Position numbers and translations under genes: made by a program
Notes under the pieces: generated by a model
Told to the model about the DNA's origin: nothing
Seen by the model: only the letters and a program-made list of their open reading frames with translations
Database searches by the model: none
Assembly (NCBI GenBank): GCA_964035545.1
Contig: OZ037768.1
Location: forward strand, 19,513,700 to 19,577,699
DNA from: Bugula neritina
Taxonomy: Eukaryota; Animalia; Bryozoa
Direction of reading: 5' to 3'
DNA: 64,000 bases
Shown: in pieces, positions 23,601 through 34,830 of the stretch
Layout of the letters: each line of letters starts with the position of its first letter
How positions within the stretch are numbered: position 1 is the stretch's first letter

Positions 23601-26600
23601 GATTCCAGCATGCAATTAGATTTTTTTCAAAATTATCATTAGGCTTAACCATATCTTAGATGGCTACCAAACCTCACCCTTTAGCAAACCAGAGCAGTGT
23701 GGCAGGATTGATGGCTAAAAAACCAGGACACAAGCACATTAAGTGTGACATTTAAACATGTGTATGTGAATTTTAGAGCATTGCTTAAAATGCTAATCTA
23801 TATATTTGACGGCGATAAGCTAATGATTCAGCAGCCATGTGATACCCCAAAGAGTAGCAGATGCGGGAACGTGGCACGGCAGCGTGATGTTCCACTCACC
23901 TGACTCTCTACCAGCATTGCCATATCCATAAACATGTCGTGTAACTCCCTAATACTGTTCTCTAGCTTTAAAATATCTTGGTGACGGGCCTCGATATCCG
24001 CTAACGTCTTTTTTGCTTGTTGTGTTTCCATAACAATCTAGTAAAGGAATACAGTCACAGATAATGAGAACACAGGCTAAACCTTAGCTTGAATACAAAC
24101 AATAAATTAAACTGTTTATTTGTAGCCTAAGCAACAAGATAGTGTAGGTGTCGGGTGGTACTAAGAACCACCCAAACTAAAACTAAAATTATATCATCAG
24201 CATTGACAAAGTACAATTTTCTTTCCCAAAGATATTACATGGACATCTACAAAACTATTTCAATATTCAGCCAGTATTCTGGCATATAACATATGCAGCA
24301 TATGAATTTTTCAGCTATATGACAAATAGAACAACTTAATATGGTAATAAAATATGTCCTGCATTACATAAAGTTTAAACTTGAGATCCACCGAACACTA
24401 ACTAAGCTAAGCACATGGTTGCTCCATAAAATATTTAATTTAGTAGTTGGTTTGAACAAACAAGTGTAGCATCAGCAAGGTTGGGTTATTGCAGTAAAAA
24501 AAGATAACTTACACCCTGTGTAAAAATTTGTGGATTATCAGATTCTATCATTTGCTCCAGTTCGTCATTGGTGGTGGTTTTACCAGCTAGAAATGTACAC
24601 AAATTTCATTCGTTAACGAACATCAGCTTTATGGTTATGCAATGATAATATGAAACATGCAATGTTATATAATAAAATACTGACAATTCAAGCAAGTGAT
24701 TCCAATACTCCACTTTTACTGTTCTTAAAACAATAAATTTCAATTCTTTTGTGGAATTTAAAACAAAGAATTCGCAAAGGGTTTATATACTTGAAATTAC
24801 TGATTTACTCCAATATATATGTCTAGTGACTAGCTCTACAACAAATGTACAACACTGGAAAGTTGTTAGTTGCGCACATTCGACCAGTCTATTTCTCTCA
24901 AAGTTCAAGGTCAAAGGGAAGTTAGCATCTGAATAAAGTTGGTTGGCGTGAAATTCACCAAATCAAATAGCTAGCCTAGGGGGTTGTGTTACTTTTGACA
25001 GACTGGGTTTGGGTAGACAACTGCTATTTGTTTTAACTCCTATTCAAACATAGTGAATGGGTAGTATTTACTATAGTAAAACTCTAGAGCAACATTAACA
25101 GGGTTAGACAATGTGGACAATACAATAGCAGAGTTTATATAAATTAGAAAAGGGGAGAGGTTTGCAACTCCCCAGCAAGTCTCGTACCTTCTCAAGGTGT
25201 GCTAGCTACTCAAGATGAAGAGAATATATATGTCGGCTTGACTCTACATATATTCATGGCGCACAGTCATTATAAAACAAGGGCAACAGCCAGTTAAACA
25301 CTTACAATTTTCTCAACAGATATTAAACGCATCAAATGTTAACGGGTAGAAAACTCCAAGACATGCTTGTTATTAATGAGTGCAGAATAGAATATCTAGT
25401 ATTATACCAGAGAAAATGGTATAACCGGTGATTAAAATAATCTGTGAATTTTAAATTGAGCTAAAAAATTGATTGAGAAGTTGTCTTACTTATTGCCAAT
25501 TGTCTCTGTATGCGCTCCTTACACTTTTCCCTGTAAGTCACTTGGCACATATTATAATCATTCATGGTATCAATCAATTTCCTAGACAAAGTGGCATACT
25601 GAAATAAGAACACATTACAACACATAAGGTGCACACAGCCATATCTAAAAATTATACAACATAAAATCACACTAGATAACTGAGGATATTCATGTGCCGG
25701 GTATATTCAAGTCAAGGTAAATAGAATTGTTGCCACAACACATCAGGACAGTTACAAGTGTGTATGTAGTTCTACCACACTTTTCATGGCAGGAGAATTA
25801 TTCAAGTTTTTGTAGATTAGTGAGAAGATAACTCTAGGCATTTTAATAATTAAACCTTCTGACCTCATTAGCAAAGGGCAACAACTCTAACCCTTAGACT
25901 TGATATGCCAAGGCGTATATGAATATTATCTTTATGAGTGAAAAGCATAAGAAAGTGTGGGTGAGAAGAGATATAAGGGTGCAGAACTCTTTACAGTGAA
26001 TATCACAGGAAACCATATATTCGAGTTTGAAAACTGAAAAAGCAATGGCATAATAAAAGGGAAAACAGCTTATAACTATAGGTAGAAATTGGCCTGCTTG
26101 AGTTGTTGATAAAGTGATATAGAGGGATAGTAATTATATTATGTTGACTCGTCTAAAAGCCAGATCAATAAATCAATAAATAAGCATAGTTTTGTGTAAT
26201 AGTGAGTGGTGGTGTTGTCTTATATACATCAAGTACGACTACGCGAGCTGAGTGTTACAATACACATACATAAGGTGTGCTCAAGTGACATGACTGTGAA
26301 CAGGTAAAGAACCTTGGCCGGCCCTAACTCAAACCTCCTCCTTTACGGGGCCTAACTACACCCCTCTTCCATCACAAAAAAAACCTCCACAAGCCTCCAA
26401 CTACATTCATTCCCTCCCCCCCCCCGCAGAAAAGAAATTTTCCCAGCACCGATTCGATTCCCCCAGCCCCAACTAGACCCATCTTACCCCCATTACACTG
26501 ACCCGACCCTAACTAGACTTACCTCAGCCCTAACTACATCTTGTTTGAATCATGTGTATGTTGGATTGATACAGGTAGATGAGCAGCTTGGTTTTCTTAC

Positions 26601-29068
26601 AGATAAGATGTGTCAAGACACACCTCCCAGGTGACTAGACAGTAGACACCACTGATGCTAGGAGGGTTGTTTATAGCTGTGGAAGGCTGAAGTGGAGGAG
26701 CGAGGTGAGGACAAGGGGGGCATCTAGATAGTGGGGGAGATGGCTAGCGAGCTATGACTCATAAGGGAAAAGGTAATCGCCATGAATTATGGGTAAAGAA
26801 GGTATATAAACGGACGATAACAAATTCGGTGCGAGATGAACTAGCTATGTTGAGTGAAGTAAACTAATACGACACAACATATATAGAATAGCAACATTAA
26901 AACCACTGCTTACTAATCTCCATTTGCCGTTTGATTCTGGCCTTACAGCCATCCCGGTAATCTATCTGCGCCTTATTATACATACTCAGCACTTCGATAA
27001 ACTTCCGGGATATTGTAGAATACTGCCAAATAAGTATAGACACATCTGTTAGGAGAGAGAGCTGGCAATATGAACAGCACAGCTGGCTGTAACTGAAATA
27101 TTACACATGCAGATGGCAGTTAGAGGCAGCACTACGTGTGAGCAGTAATGCACCTACCTGGGTTTTTCTAATTCTTAAATCTGCTGAAATCTGTTGTTTA
27201 TTTTCTTCCTGCTCAATATCCTGTTCAATCACTAGAAATAAAACACACAAAGCATGAACTCAAAGTAGCGACTGTAACTGTAGTGACTGTAACTGTAGTG
27301 ACTGTAGCTGTAGTTACTGTAGCTGTAGTTACTGTAGCAGAAGTGACTGTAGATGTAGTTACTGTTGTAAATGAGAGAAAACATACACTAGATAGGCAGT
27401 CTCAAAACTGCTCTTGCATGAAACTCAAATTTCACAAACTGTTTTCACTCACCTTTTAATTTGGCTCTGACTTTGTTGGTGGTCTTCTTAATTTCTGCCA
27501 TCAGTTCTTCCAACTCTTGTTTCAATTCTGAAAGCAAAACAGAGGCTAAGTAGTATTGGACAGTATTTTGCCATCAAAGGAGAGGCCTGAAGGCTGATAT
27601 GCATGGTACACTCTAGGGGCACACTGTGTAAGCGCAGCAGTAGTCTCATTAAATTAAATTGCATTTCGTACGTATGCCTGCATAATAGCTCTTAATAACC
27701 CTCACTTACAGGCATACATATACATGCAGGCCAGTAGTGTATCTCTTAACAGTGAGGTGACATCACCGCATAGCATGGCTTTGGTTAGAGTTGACTAGTT
27801 ACTAAGTACGGAGATAAAACAATTATGATGGTGGTGGAGGCATAAAAATATCTCAGCATCTGATAAAAATAAGATTGTAACTCTTCAAACTGTCTACTAG
27901 AGATATTGTATTGATAGTGAATAGCCCAGTGTGAGCAGAGCAAGTTTATGAATTAGTCTGAAAACTTAACCAGTCCATTTGCATCCTAAAGAGGGCGTCT
28001 GAAAACATTGCAAACCATCATCGGTAGACAGCCTTGTCTACCCCACTTACAACTAACAATCTAACTCAAGAACTAGGGCTTTTTATTTCAATAATTATTC
28101 CATTTGAATTGAACAATCAACATCAGGTGGTGATTCCCACACCAGATTCTATTAATGGGCTCATACAACGCATGCAATAACTAGATCGCATATAGCAATG
28201 ATGCTACAACGCAGCATTGAGCTCTATAGACTCACTGTCATCAGTGTTGGGGTCTGCTAGAATTTCTCCGTGTTTTGCCTTGACCTTTTTGACATCTTCG
28301 GCGATATTGTCAATCATGCAGCGAATTTCTTCTACCTGTAAATCAGTAGCAACAAGATGTCCCATCTTTTGAACTACATTACAGCAGCTCGAATAAACCA
28401 TAAGAAATGTGGTGTCCCAATTTGTGATATATAAGTTTGCAACATCCTACATAACCTGTATTCAAAACTGAATGTTGAAACTTAATCTTGATTTCGGAAA
28501 CTACAAGTGAGAAGTTTAAACTATATTTGGAACTCCGCAGGTAAATGAAATGACTAGTTGCTAGTCATGCAGGTAGACAGAAGAGGGCTAACATACCTGT
28601 TCAAAAAACTTCTCCATAAATCCAGCCTCCATGTCAACGGCGGTCTCCGGATCTGCCTCATCGTCGCTGGCCGACTGTAAGGTGAACAGGGGAGATAACA
28701 AACAAACTGTAGCACCATTAACTAACACACTGCAAGTTCTAACACATTAAGGGGGAAATACTAAAATGGTAAAAACAAGAACTGTTGTTCTATTTAAGCA
28801 AAGAAAAAAAGCTTTACAAACTGTAATGATAAAAATTGTACAACTAGAATTGGTGGTAACAGTAGGACCTTAATACGCTAAATTCAATCTCCAGCAGAAT
28901 AAAATACTGATATATTAGAGACACATAGTGTTTTAAAATGGAACTTTGAAATTAGACAGTTTACTACCAAATACAGCTGGAAATTTGAGCCTATTAGGTA
29001 TTTTATTGGTTGGTTATACAGTGTGAGACACTTACAGCACGCAAGGCTTGCAGCCTGTCCTTCGTCAT
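20573..29068 (-). CDS. STX1A: Syntaxin-1 (Qa-SNARE) with alternative exons
   Basis: Exons (high to low): 29068-29036 ([11 protein letters not shown]), 28674-28597, 28335-28236, 27527-27453, 27231-27158, [27022-26914 OR 25598-25490], 24586-24513, 24037-23900 ([46 protein letters not shown]), 23191-23081 ([11 protein letters not shown]...KYQSAARR), [22273-22181 OR 20659-20573]. Internal exon sizes 78/100/75/74/109/74/138/111 match the syntaxin-1 structure I recall. Confidence 0.95.
22181..22273 (-). CDS. STX1A: Syntaxin-1 proximal alternative transmembrane terminal exon
   Basis: tttttag|AAG AAA CTG... gives [30 protein letters not shown], phase 0. Confidence 0.85.
   Translation of the reverse strand, partial: KKLCIAGIVAALILIIILIIVLSVCSKNTC
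22514..23053. repeat. 32-bp G-rich minisatellite in the syntaxin intron preceding the TM exons
   Basis: About 17 copies of GAGGGTAAGTTTGGTG(G/A)GTGTAGAGAGAGTAT. It accounts for ORFs 22458-23066 and 22510-23001. Confidence 0.95.
25490..25598 (-). CDS. STX1A: Syntaxin-1 mutually exclusive exon 6b (109 nt)
   Basis: tttcag|TAT GCC ACT...GCA ATA A|gtaag gives [36 protein letters not shown]. Confidence 0.9.
26914..27022 (-). CDS. STX1A: Syntaxin-1 mutually exclusive exon 6a (109 nt)
   Basis: tttggcag|TAT TCT ACA...GAG ATT A|gtaag gives [36 protein letters not shown]. Confidence 0.9.
27265..27369. repeat. 15-bp minisatellite in syntaxin intron
   Basis: About 6-7 copies of GTAGTGACTGTAACT and variants. 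Confidence 0.85.
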
Positions 29069-29689
29069 ATCATAAACTTCTTATTCCAGACCTGAAATAT
29101 AGCAAGAAGCACTGTTTACTATAACAGCTGGGATAGATGTGGTATACAATATACCTAATAGCAGATATACTAGAAAGGCCAGTCTGTCTGTAACCTTCAA
29201 TGATGAAATATATTCTAACCATACATATTACAAAATGTAATTCATCATTGAAACTAGCTAAATTAAATGTATTTTTAGCCTCTAGCATGGCTGCAGCTTT
29301 TTTTAAAATATTTAAAAAATGTGTAGTTTAGTCATAGTGTAACTTTTCGATATTGACATAGATGCATTGAGTTTAACATTTAGAATAAAATCAAGAATTT
29401 AATTTGTGAACAGTTTCATGTTATTTATTGTCTCATTTTTGGTTTATACTAGCACCAGCATTTATAATGAATTATAGTTAAAACTATTTATAGTATTAAT
29501 TGGCAAACTAAGTACTCTAAACTATTCTCAACCTTGTCATAGATTGTAAAGTCCAAATAGGCGACACTAACTTCCACTTGAAGTGAAATATATAAATAAT
29601 TTTTGCCTACCCTTACACAAGTTACATCATAGCTATAAATGCAAGCTGCAGCATACGTGTTGATATAATTAGAGCTGAAATTATGCTTG

Positions 29690-31436
29690 AATTTAGAGTG
29701 AGACTGAGTTATATTAATAGTCATAGTAATGGTGTGACAATTAGCCCTAGGCTATGCCTAATGCTAATGTCGAACTCAAAGAAGCAGTTTAAATAATATG
29801 TAATAACTGTTATTATATTCGTACTTGTAGTTTGCTAGTTGTATTATCATATTTTAACTTATACAAAGTATATTAATAGCTACCTATAAATTTACTGTAG
29901 GCCTAATATTAAATTTGATATCAATATGAATATATCTTATACGAGTATAACTATTAGCATCAAGTATGATATTGGCTAAGATTAAGCATTTTCAACTTAA
30001 ACTAATGCTACAAGTTGAAGTTCAATATTAACCTTAACTTTAAGTTAATTGATTACTTACAATAGGCCTTATAACTATAAATCTCTCTTACTTTTTTAAG
30101 ATTCAATTATATTATTCAGCTGGAATACTATTTCTAAATACTAATACTTATACTAAATCTAATCGTGTTAGATTAGATAAATACTAATAATAATAAAGCT
30201 TCAGCAAAATAATAAAACTATATCTTAAAAGTAATAGTAATTTTCAGCAGGGTTGGGGTCAATTACATATGAATGTAATTAATTACAATTACATGGGAAT
30301 TTGTCAATTACAATTATAATTGCAGTTGAAAATAAATGTAATTAATTACAATTACATGGTAATGTAATTTTTTACAATTACAATTACTTTTGTTCTCACA
30401 GGAGACAAATAAAAGTTGTATAATTTCACTTTTGGGGTGCAACTACTCGGGCAGTTTTGACAACAGAAAACCTTCGTTATTCTCAACAGTAAAAAAATAG
30501 AGTGATGAATACAAAATTAAATTAATCTGAACTTCTTATTAAACAGTAGGCAAGGCAGGAAAACTATGGATTTTCTAAGATTTAAAAATTTGAAGTAATT
30601 GTTATGTAATTATAAAGTAATTGTAAAATTCAATTACATTAGCAATGTAATTAATTACAATTACATTTTTATACATCATTTACAATTACCCCAACCCTGA
30701 TTTTCAGTTATAGTAATACTATTACTATAAATTATTATTACGCTTTACCTATTACTAACAAATACAGTTATAGTAACTGATTACAAAGTGTAGGTCTAAT
30801 ACTAATAGCAAATGTAATACTATTAGTAATAAACTATGACCCAGAACTATAGAGTATGATTATCAGACTCAGTATGGCTATCAGTCTTTCACTGTATCAG
30901 TCACATTGTGACTATAAGTATGACTCATAGCGATAGTATCAGTACAAGTATGTGAGTATCACAGTCCTTACCTGTTATCCAGTATGACATTCACTTTTAG
31001 TTTCACATATTGATATCATACGGGCTATGAATATGAATGAATCAAAAATAATGATTATCATTATGATTATGACTATGCACTATGCAGTATTACTCATTTA
31101 CTGTAATAGTATTACTATTAGTGTTATCCTAATGATAATCATAATGATTATGATAAAACACTTACACACAAATATTATTAAACCCTACATCCTTGCCATA
31201 ACCATCATGACTTATGTGTCAGAGCTATGACGCAGACTTTGTTTATGTTAAACTTAAGGTACAGTCACAAGATGAGGACTAGGTACACTGCGTCTACTAA
31301 CTAACAGTAACTAACTGACTCGGGAGTCAAACTGACTAACACTCTGACAATCACAATGATTGTGACCGAGTCACTGGTACAGTGCACCGACTCCGAGTCC
31401 GACTAGATAGTTTAAGTAGTTAAACTTAGTGTTAGT
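29690..31436. repeat. Degenerate hexamer-periodic (A-n-T-n-W-n) tract, syntaxin first intron, distal part
   Basis: For example 30853-30888 agtatg attatc agactc agtatg gctatc agtctt. It resumes on the other side of the LINE at 34305-34500. Confidence 0.65.
30248..30699. mobile_element. hAT-superfamily MITE, 452 bp
   Basis: 12-bp perfect TIR CAGGGTTGGGGT / ACCCCAACCCTG; 8-bp TSD ATTTTCAG (30240-47, 30700-07); subterminal AATGTAATTAATTACAATTACAT repeats at both ends. Confidence 0.9.
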
Positions 31437-31441
31437 CGTAG

Positions 31442-34309
31442 TCTCATCTCATCTCATCTAATTAATCTCACTCGGAGCTCTTTGGCTCCTTTATCGAGAT
31501 GCAGTGGTGTATGAACAATTGTTTAAATTATCAGTAGTAAGGAAGAAAACCATTTTGTCTACGAGATAAGAATATAGTTAATTATGCTTTGATTCAAAGC
31601 TCAATAGCTAGCTACTGCCAGGAGAGAAAAAAAAAAAAAAAAAAGCAAATAAATAAATAAATATGTCGGTGTAAAGTGCTTATAATCAGTTAGGCAAAGC
31701 AGCTAGAATCATTAGAAAAGTTTATGGATGCGATGTTTATATGAATGTTTGGCAGTTTTGGTATTGATATTGCCCTTAATAGCACCATGTCTGGTATTGT
31801 GAGACTCTGCAAAATGAAGGGAGAACCGGTCTTGGTCTATAGCGGCACTACCAGAAAGCATACGAAAGTACATTTTTTGGTCTGCATTATCACGTCTTTG
31901 TGCAAGGCTATCCCAATTAGAATTTGTCATGAGCTCAGTTATATGATCTCGTTTTCTCTTACAGAATGCCCACCTGAAGGCTTTTCTATTTATACCTTCT
32001 ATGATGTTGATGTTTTTCAATTTAAATGGAGACCAGGTGTGGGTCGCAAATTCTAGTATAGGGCGACAGACTGTTTTATAAGCTATGGCTCTGGTTTTAC
32101 TTTTAGCCTTTTTTAGACAGCGCATCAGCATGTGTAATAATTTATTAGCTTTTGAGCAAATGTTTATTATATGTTGATCGAATGACAGTTTATTATCAAT
32201 CGTGACACCAAGGTATAATACTTTGTCAACACATTGTAAGGGGTCATTATTCATGCTGTATTGAGACACTAGAGGATTTACAGTGGAGCGTTGAATTGTC
32301 ATATGCTCACATTTATTTATATTGAACTTCATCTGAGAACTGTCTGCCCAAGTTATAAGATGGTCTAAGTCATTCTGAAATAAACTAGAATCAGCAGGTG
32401 TTGTGATTGGTTTGTACAACAAGGAATCATCTGCATATAGTTTAAGCTTGCTGTTGGCTACCACAGAGTGCATGTCATTTATGTACACATTAAATAACAA
32501 TGGTCCTAATACACTGCCTTGGGGCACTCCTGAGGTCACATGTCTAGTGGCCGATTTGACGTTGTTGACACAGACTGAAAGAAGACGGCTCTGAAGCCAT
32601 GAAAAAATCCACTTGACAGTTTTATCAGCTATTCCGATATTTAGCAGTTTAACCTGTAGTTTATGGTGCGACACAACGTCAAAGGCCTTTGAAAAATCCA
32701 AGACAGCGAGGTCAACCGGTATCATTTCGTCGAAAAAATCTATAAATTCACTCACGGTATTCAGCAACTGAGTATCGCAGCCATGATTTGTCCTGAAGCC
32801 ATGTTGGTGTGGATAAAACAGGTCATTTGATTCGAGGAAACAGTTGATATTATGTGATACGATATGCTCGAAGATTTTGGATATGATAGAAGTGAGTGAT
32901 ATTGGCCTGTAATTCAGCGGGTCTGTACGACTTCCTTTCTTGAAGATCGGTACAATGTTTGCTGTTTTCCAGTCTTGTGGTGTCTGAGATGTATCGTAAA
33001 AGTACTGAAAAACCTTTGTCAGGGGCTCATATATATAATGTGCAAGATATTTTAGAAGTGCAGGAGAAAGTTCATCTGGGCCAGCACCTTTTCGTGGATC
33101 GAGTTTGGTGAGCTGTGTTAGGACTCCCCGAGGATCAAATTGTATAGGGGATGATATAGTTTGAGGTGGAATGCAGGGAGGGATATTACCATCATCAATG
33201 GAAAACACAGAAGCAAAGGAGTCCGCAAAAGATTCAGCTATAGCAGTATTGTTGTTAGGGGGGATGTTGTCTAGTTGACGTACAGTATTTGAGCTGCCCT
33301 TTTTACTTGCTATGAACCGATAAAGAGGTTTTGAATCACCCTGCTCTAATGTATTGCATATGTGTTTGTTTATATAATTATTATAGTCCCTGTTACACAA
33401 TTTCTTGCAGTACCGGGACTGGGTGGCATGTTTTAAAATGTTGTGCGGGGTGCGATCGTTAAGGCAAGCTAGGTGGAGGTGTTTTCTTTTTCTGATCTCA
33501 CTTTTAGTTTCTTGGGATATCCAGAGTTCTGATTTTTTCTTTCTAAATTTGTATGGGATATTGGAATGTGCTACCTGAAGTATTCCAGATTTGAGATTAT
33601 GCCATAACTGTTCAGCGCTACATTTCTTAGAGATGTCTGAGGTGATTTTACAATGTAGGGAGTAACAGTCCACGGTGATGTTCGTTATGTCTGCCTTTTC
33701 AAATTGCCAATATGGTTTTGGTTTGGTTAAGGATGCTGTCCTTTTAATAACATTATCCGCCAACACATTGAAATTGATAATAAAATGGTCAGAGCAGGAT
33801 GACTCAACTCGGGGGTTAGTGGCAGTTACATTTGTAACAACTAGATCAAGCGTATTACCTTTGTCGTGAGTAGGTTTATTGATAGCCTGAGAAAGATTAT
33901 TCGAAATTATAAAATCTACGAACAATTGATGCAAGTTAGTTTCTCTTGTTGTTTTAAGTACAGGCCTGCTACTATCATTCCAGTCAATGTCGGGTAGGTT
34001 AAAATCCCCAACCATAACAATGTTCGGATTGGTTTGATCATAATACCAATTTACTATATCTTCTACTTGTTTTATACAGGGTCTACGGTAATAGCATGCA
34101 ATAGTGAAAGAATATCCACAGATTGATAAGTCAAGGGCAATGATTTCCCCAGGGTGTGAGGCATTGATTCTACTAACAACAAAGGGACATTTATTGGATA
34201 GGCCTATAAGGACTCCACCTCCACGTCCTAGTCCGTCAGTTCGATCACGCCGGTACATGGTGTAGTCCCTGGATAACTCATTATCGGAAACTGATGAATC
34301 TAGTTTAGT
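31442..34309 (-). mobile_element. 5'-truncated CR1-group non-LTR retrotransposon (LINE)
   Basis: Open ORF2, a 3' UTR with a T-rich run, a terminal stem-loop (GGAGC-CAAAGA-GCTCC on - strand, 31474-31489) and a (GATGA)3 tail (31442-31459). Candidate TSD TTAGTGTTAGT at 31426-36 and 34305-15. Confidence 0.9.
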
Positions 34310-34396
34310 GTTAGTGCTACTATCAGTGTAACTGAAAGTGTTACAGAGTAACACTAACATTAACAGTAACAGTATGACTATGACTATGATACTCAC
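31712..34396 (-). CDS. LINE ORF2: truncated APE endonuclease + reverse transcriptase (first ~29 codons are flanking host DNA)
   Basis: EN motifs YRRDR..GGGV, YYRRP, GDFNLP, NTLDL, SDH. RT motifs NYRPISLTS, QHGFR, DFSKAFD, GVPQGSVLGPLLF, YADD, YLGV. No stops across ~865 LINE-derived codons. Confidence 0.92.
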   Translation of the reverse strand: MSIIVIVILLLLMLVLLCNTFSYTDSSTNTKLDSSVSDNELSRDYTMYRRDRTDGLGRGGGVLIGLSNKCPFVVSRINASHPGEIIALDLSICGYSFTIACYYRRPCIKQVEDIVNWYYDQTNPNIVMVGDFNLPDIDWNDSSRPVLKTTRETNLHQLFVDFIISNNLSQAINKPTHDKGNTLDLVVTNVTATNPRVESSCSDHFIINFNVLADNVIKRTASLTKPKPYWQFEKADITNITVDCYSLHCKITSDISKKCSAEQLWHNLKSGILQVAHSNIPYKFRKKKSELWISQETKSEIRKRKHLHLACLNDRTPHNILKHATQSRYCKKLCNRDYNNYINKHICNTLEQGDSKPLYRFIASKKGSSNTVRQLDNIPPNNNTAIAESFADSFASVFSIDDGNIPPCIPPQTISSPIQFDPRGVLTQLTKLDPRKGAGPDELSPALLKYLAHYIYEPLTKVFQYFYDTSQTPQDWKTANIVPIFKKGSRTDPLNYRPISLTSIISKIFEHIVSHNINCFLESNDLFYPHQHGFRTNHGCDTQLLNTVSEFIDFFDEMIPVDLAVLDFSKAFDVVSHHKLQVKLLNIGIADKTVKWIFSWLQSRLLSVCVNNVKSATRHVTSGVPQGSVLGPLLFNVYINDMHSVVANSKLKLYADDSLLYKPITTPADSSLFQNDLDHLITWADSSQMKFNINKCEHMTIQRSTVNPLVSQYSMNNDPLQCVDKVLYLGVTIDNKLSFDQHIINICSKANKLLHMLMRCLKKAKSKTRAIAYKTVCRPILEFATHTWSPFKLKNINIIEGINRKAFRWAFCKRKRDHITELMTNSNWDSLAQRRDNADQKMYFRMLSGSAAIDQDRFSLHFAESHNTRHGAIKGNINTKTAKHSYKHRIHKLF

Positions 34397-34586
34397 TATG
34401 AGTATGAGTAAGACTAAGTGTAACTCGAAGTCATTGTCAAACTGAAATTCAAACTGAGTTACAATTAGAATTACTGCTTTTGACTACAACTTTTTTAAGT
34501 TAATCTTTAGTTTTGTAATTGGGTTGGACTCTATCAAATAAAAAGACCCAGAACAACTATTAAGCTAATAATATAGCGTATATTAC

Positions 34587-34830
34587 CGTGAACTACAAAG
34601 TGTGACTTCTTCACTGGCAACAAAAATGAATAACCTCGACTTTTCTAAAATCAATATTGCATACAGGAAAGGACAACGTGCGTGTATGCCTTCAAAGCTA
34701 AAGAGTATCTTGCCCTCAACTGGCGGAAGTTACAGTACTCTAGGTAGCAAGAGAAAACGCGCGATTTGTAAGAGGTATGAGATTTTATAAATTTCCTCAA
34801 TTTTATCCAACTGTAGCGCTGCCATCATAT
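34587..34830. promoter_or_regulatory. Inferred bidirectional syntaxin/Ran promoter with syntaxin non-coding first exon
   Basis: Minus-strand donor CACG|GTAATA at 34587/34586; locally CpG-richer DNA; ETS motif GGCGGAAGT (34722-30); CTCF-like TGCCCTCAACTGG (34711-23); GCCAT motif near 34821. Confidence 0.45.

Noticed and set aside
31027-31230. Ile/Met-rich 67-aa ORF resembling a membrane peptide
   Set aside because: By-product of the hexamer-periodic tract; no splice or homology support.
31626-31644. Poly-A run as the LINE tail
   Set aside because: It is poly-T on the LINE sense strand. The real 3' end appears ~180 nt further on, at the stem-loop and (GATGA)3.
31745-33869. Plus-strand ORFs overlapping the LINE; likewise antisense ORF 47052-47477
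   Set aside because: Antisense shadows of real coding sequence.
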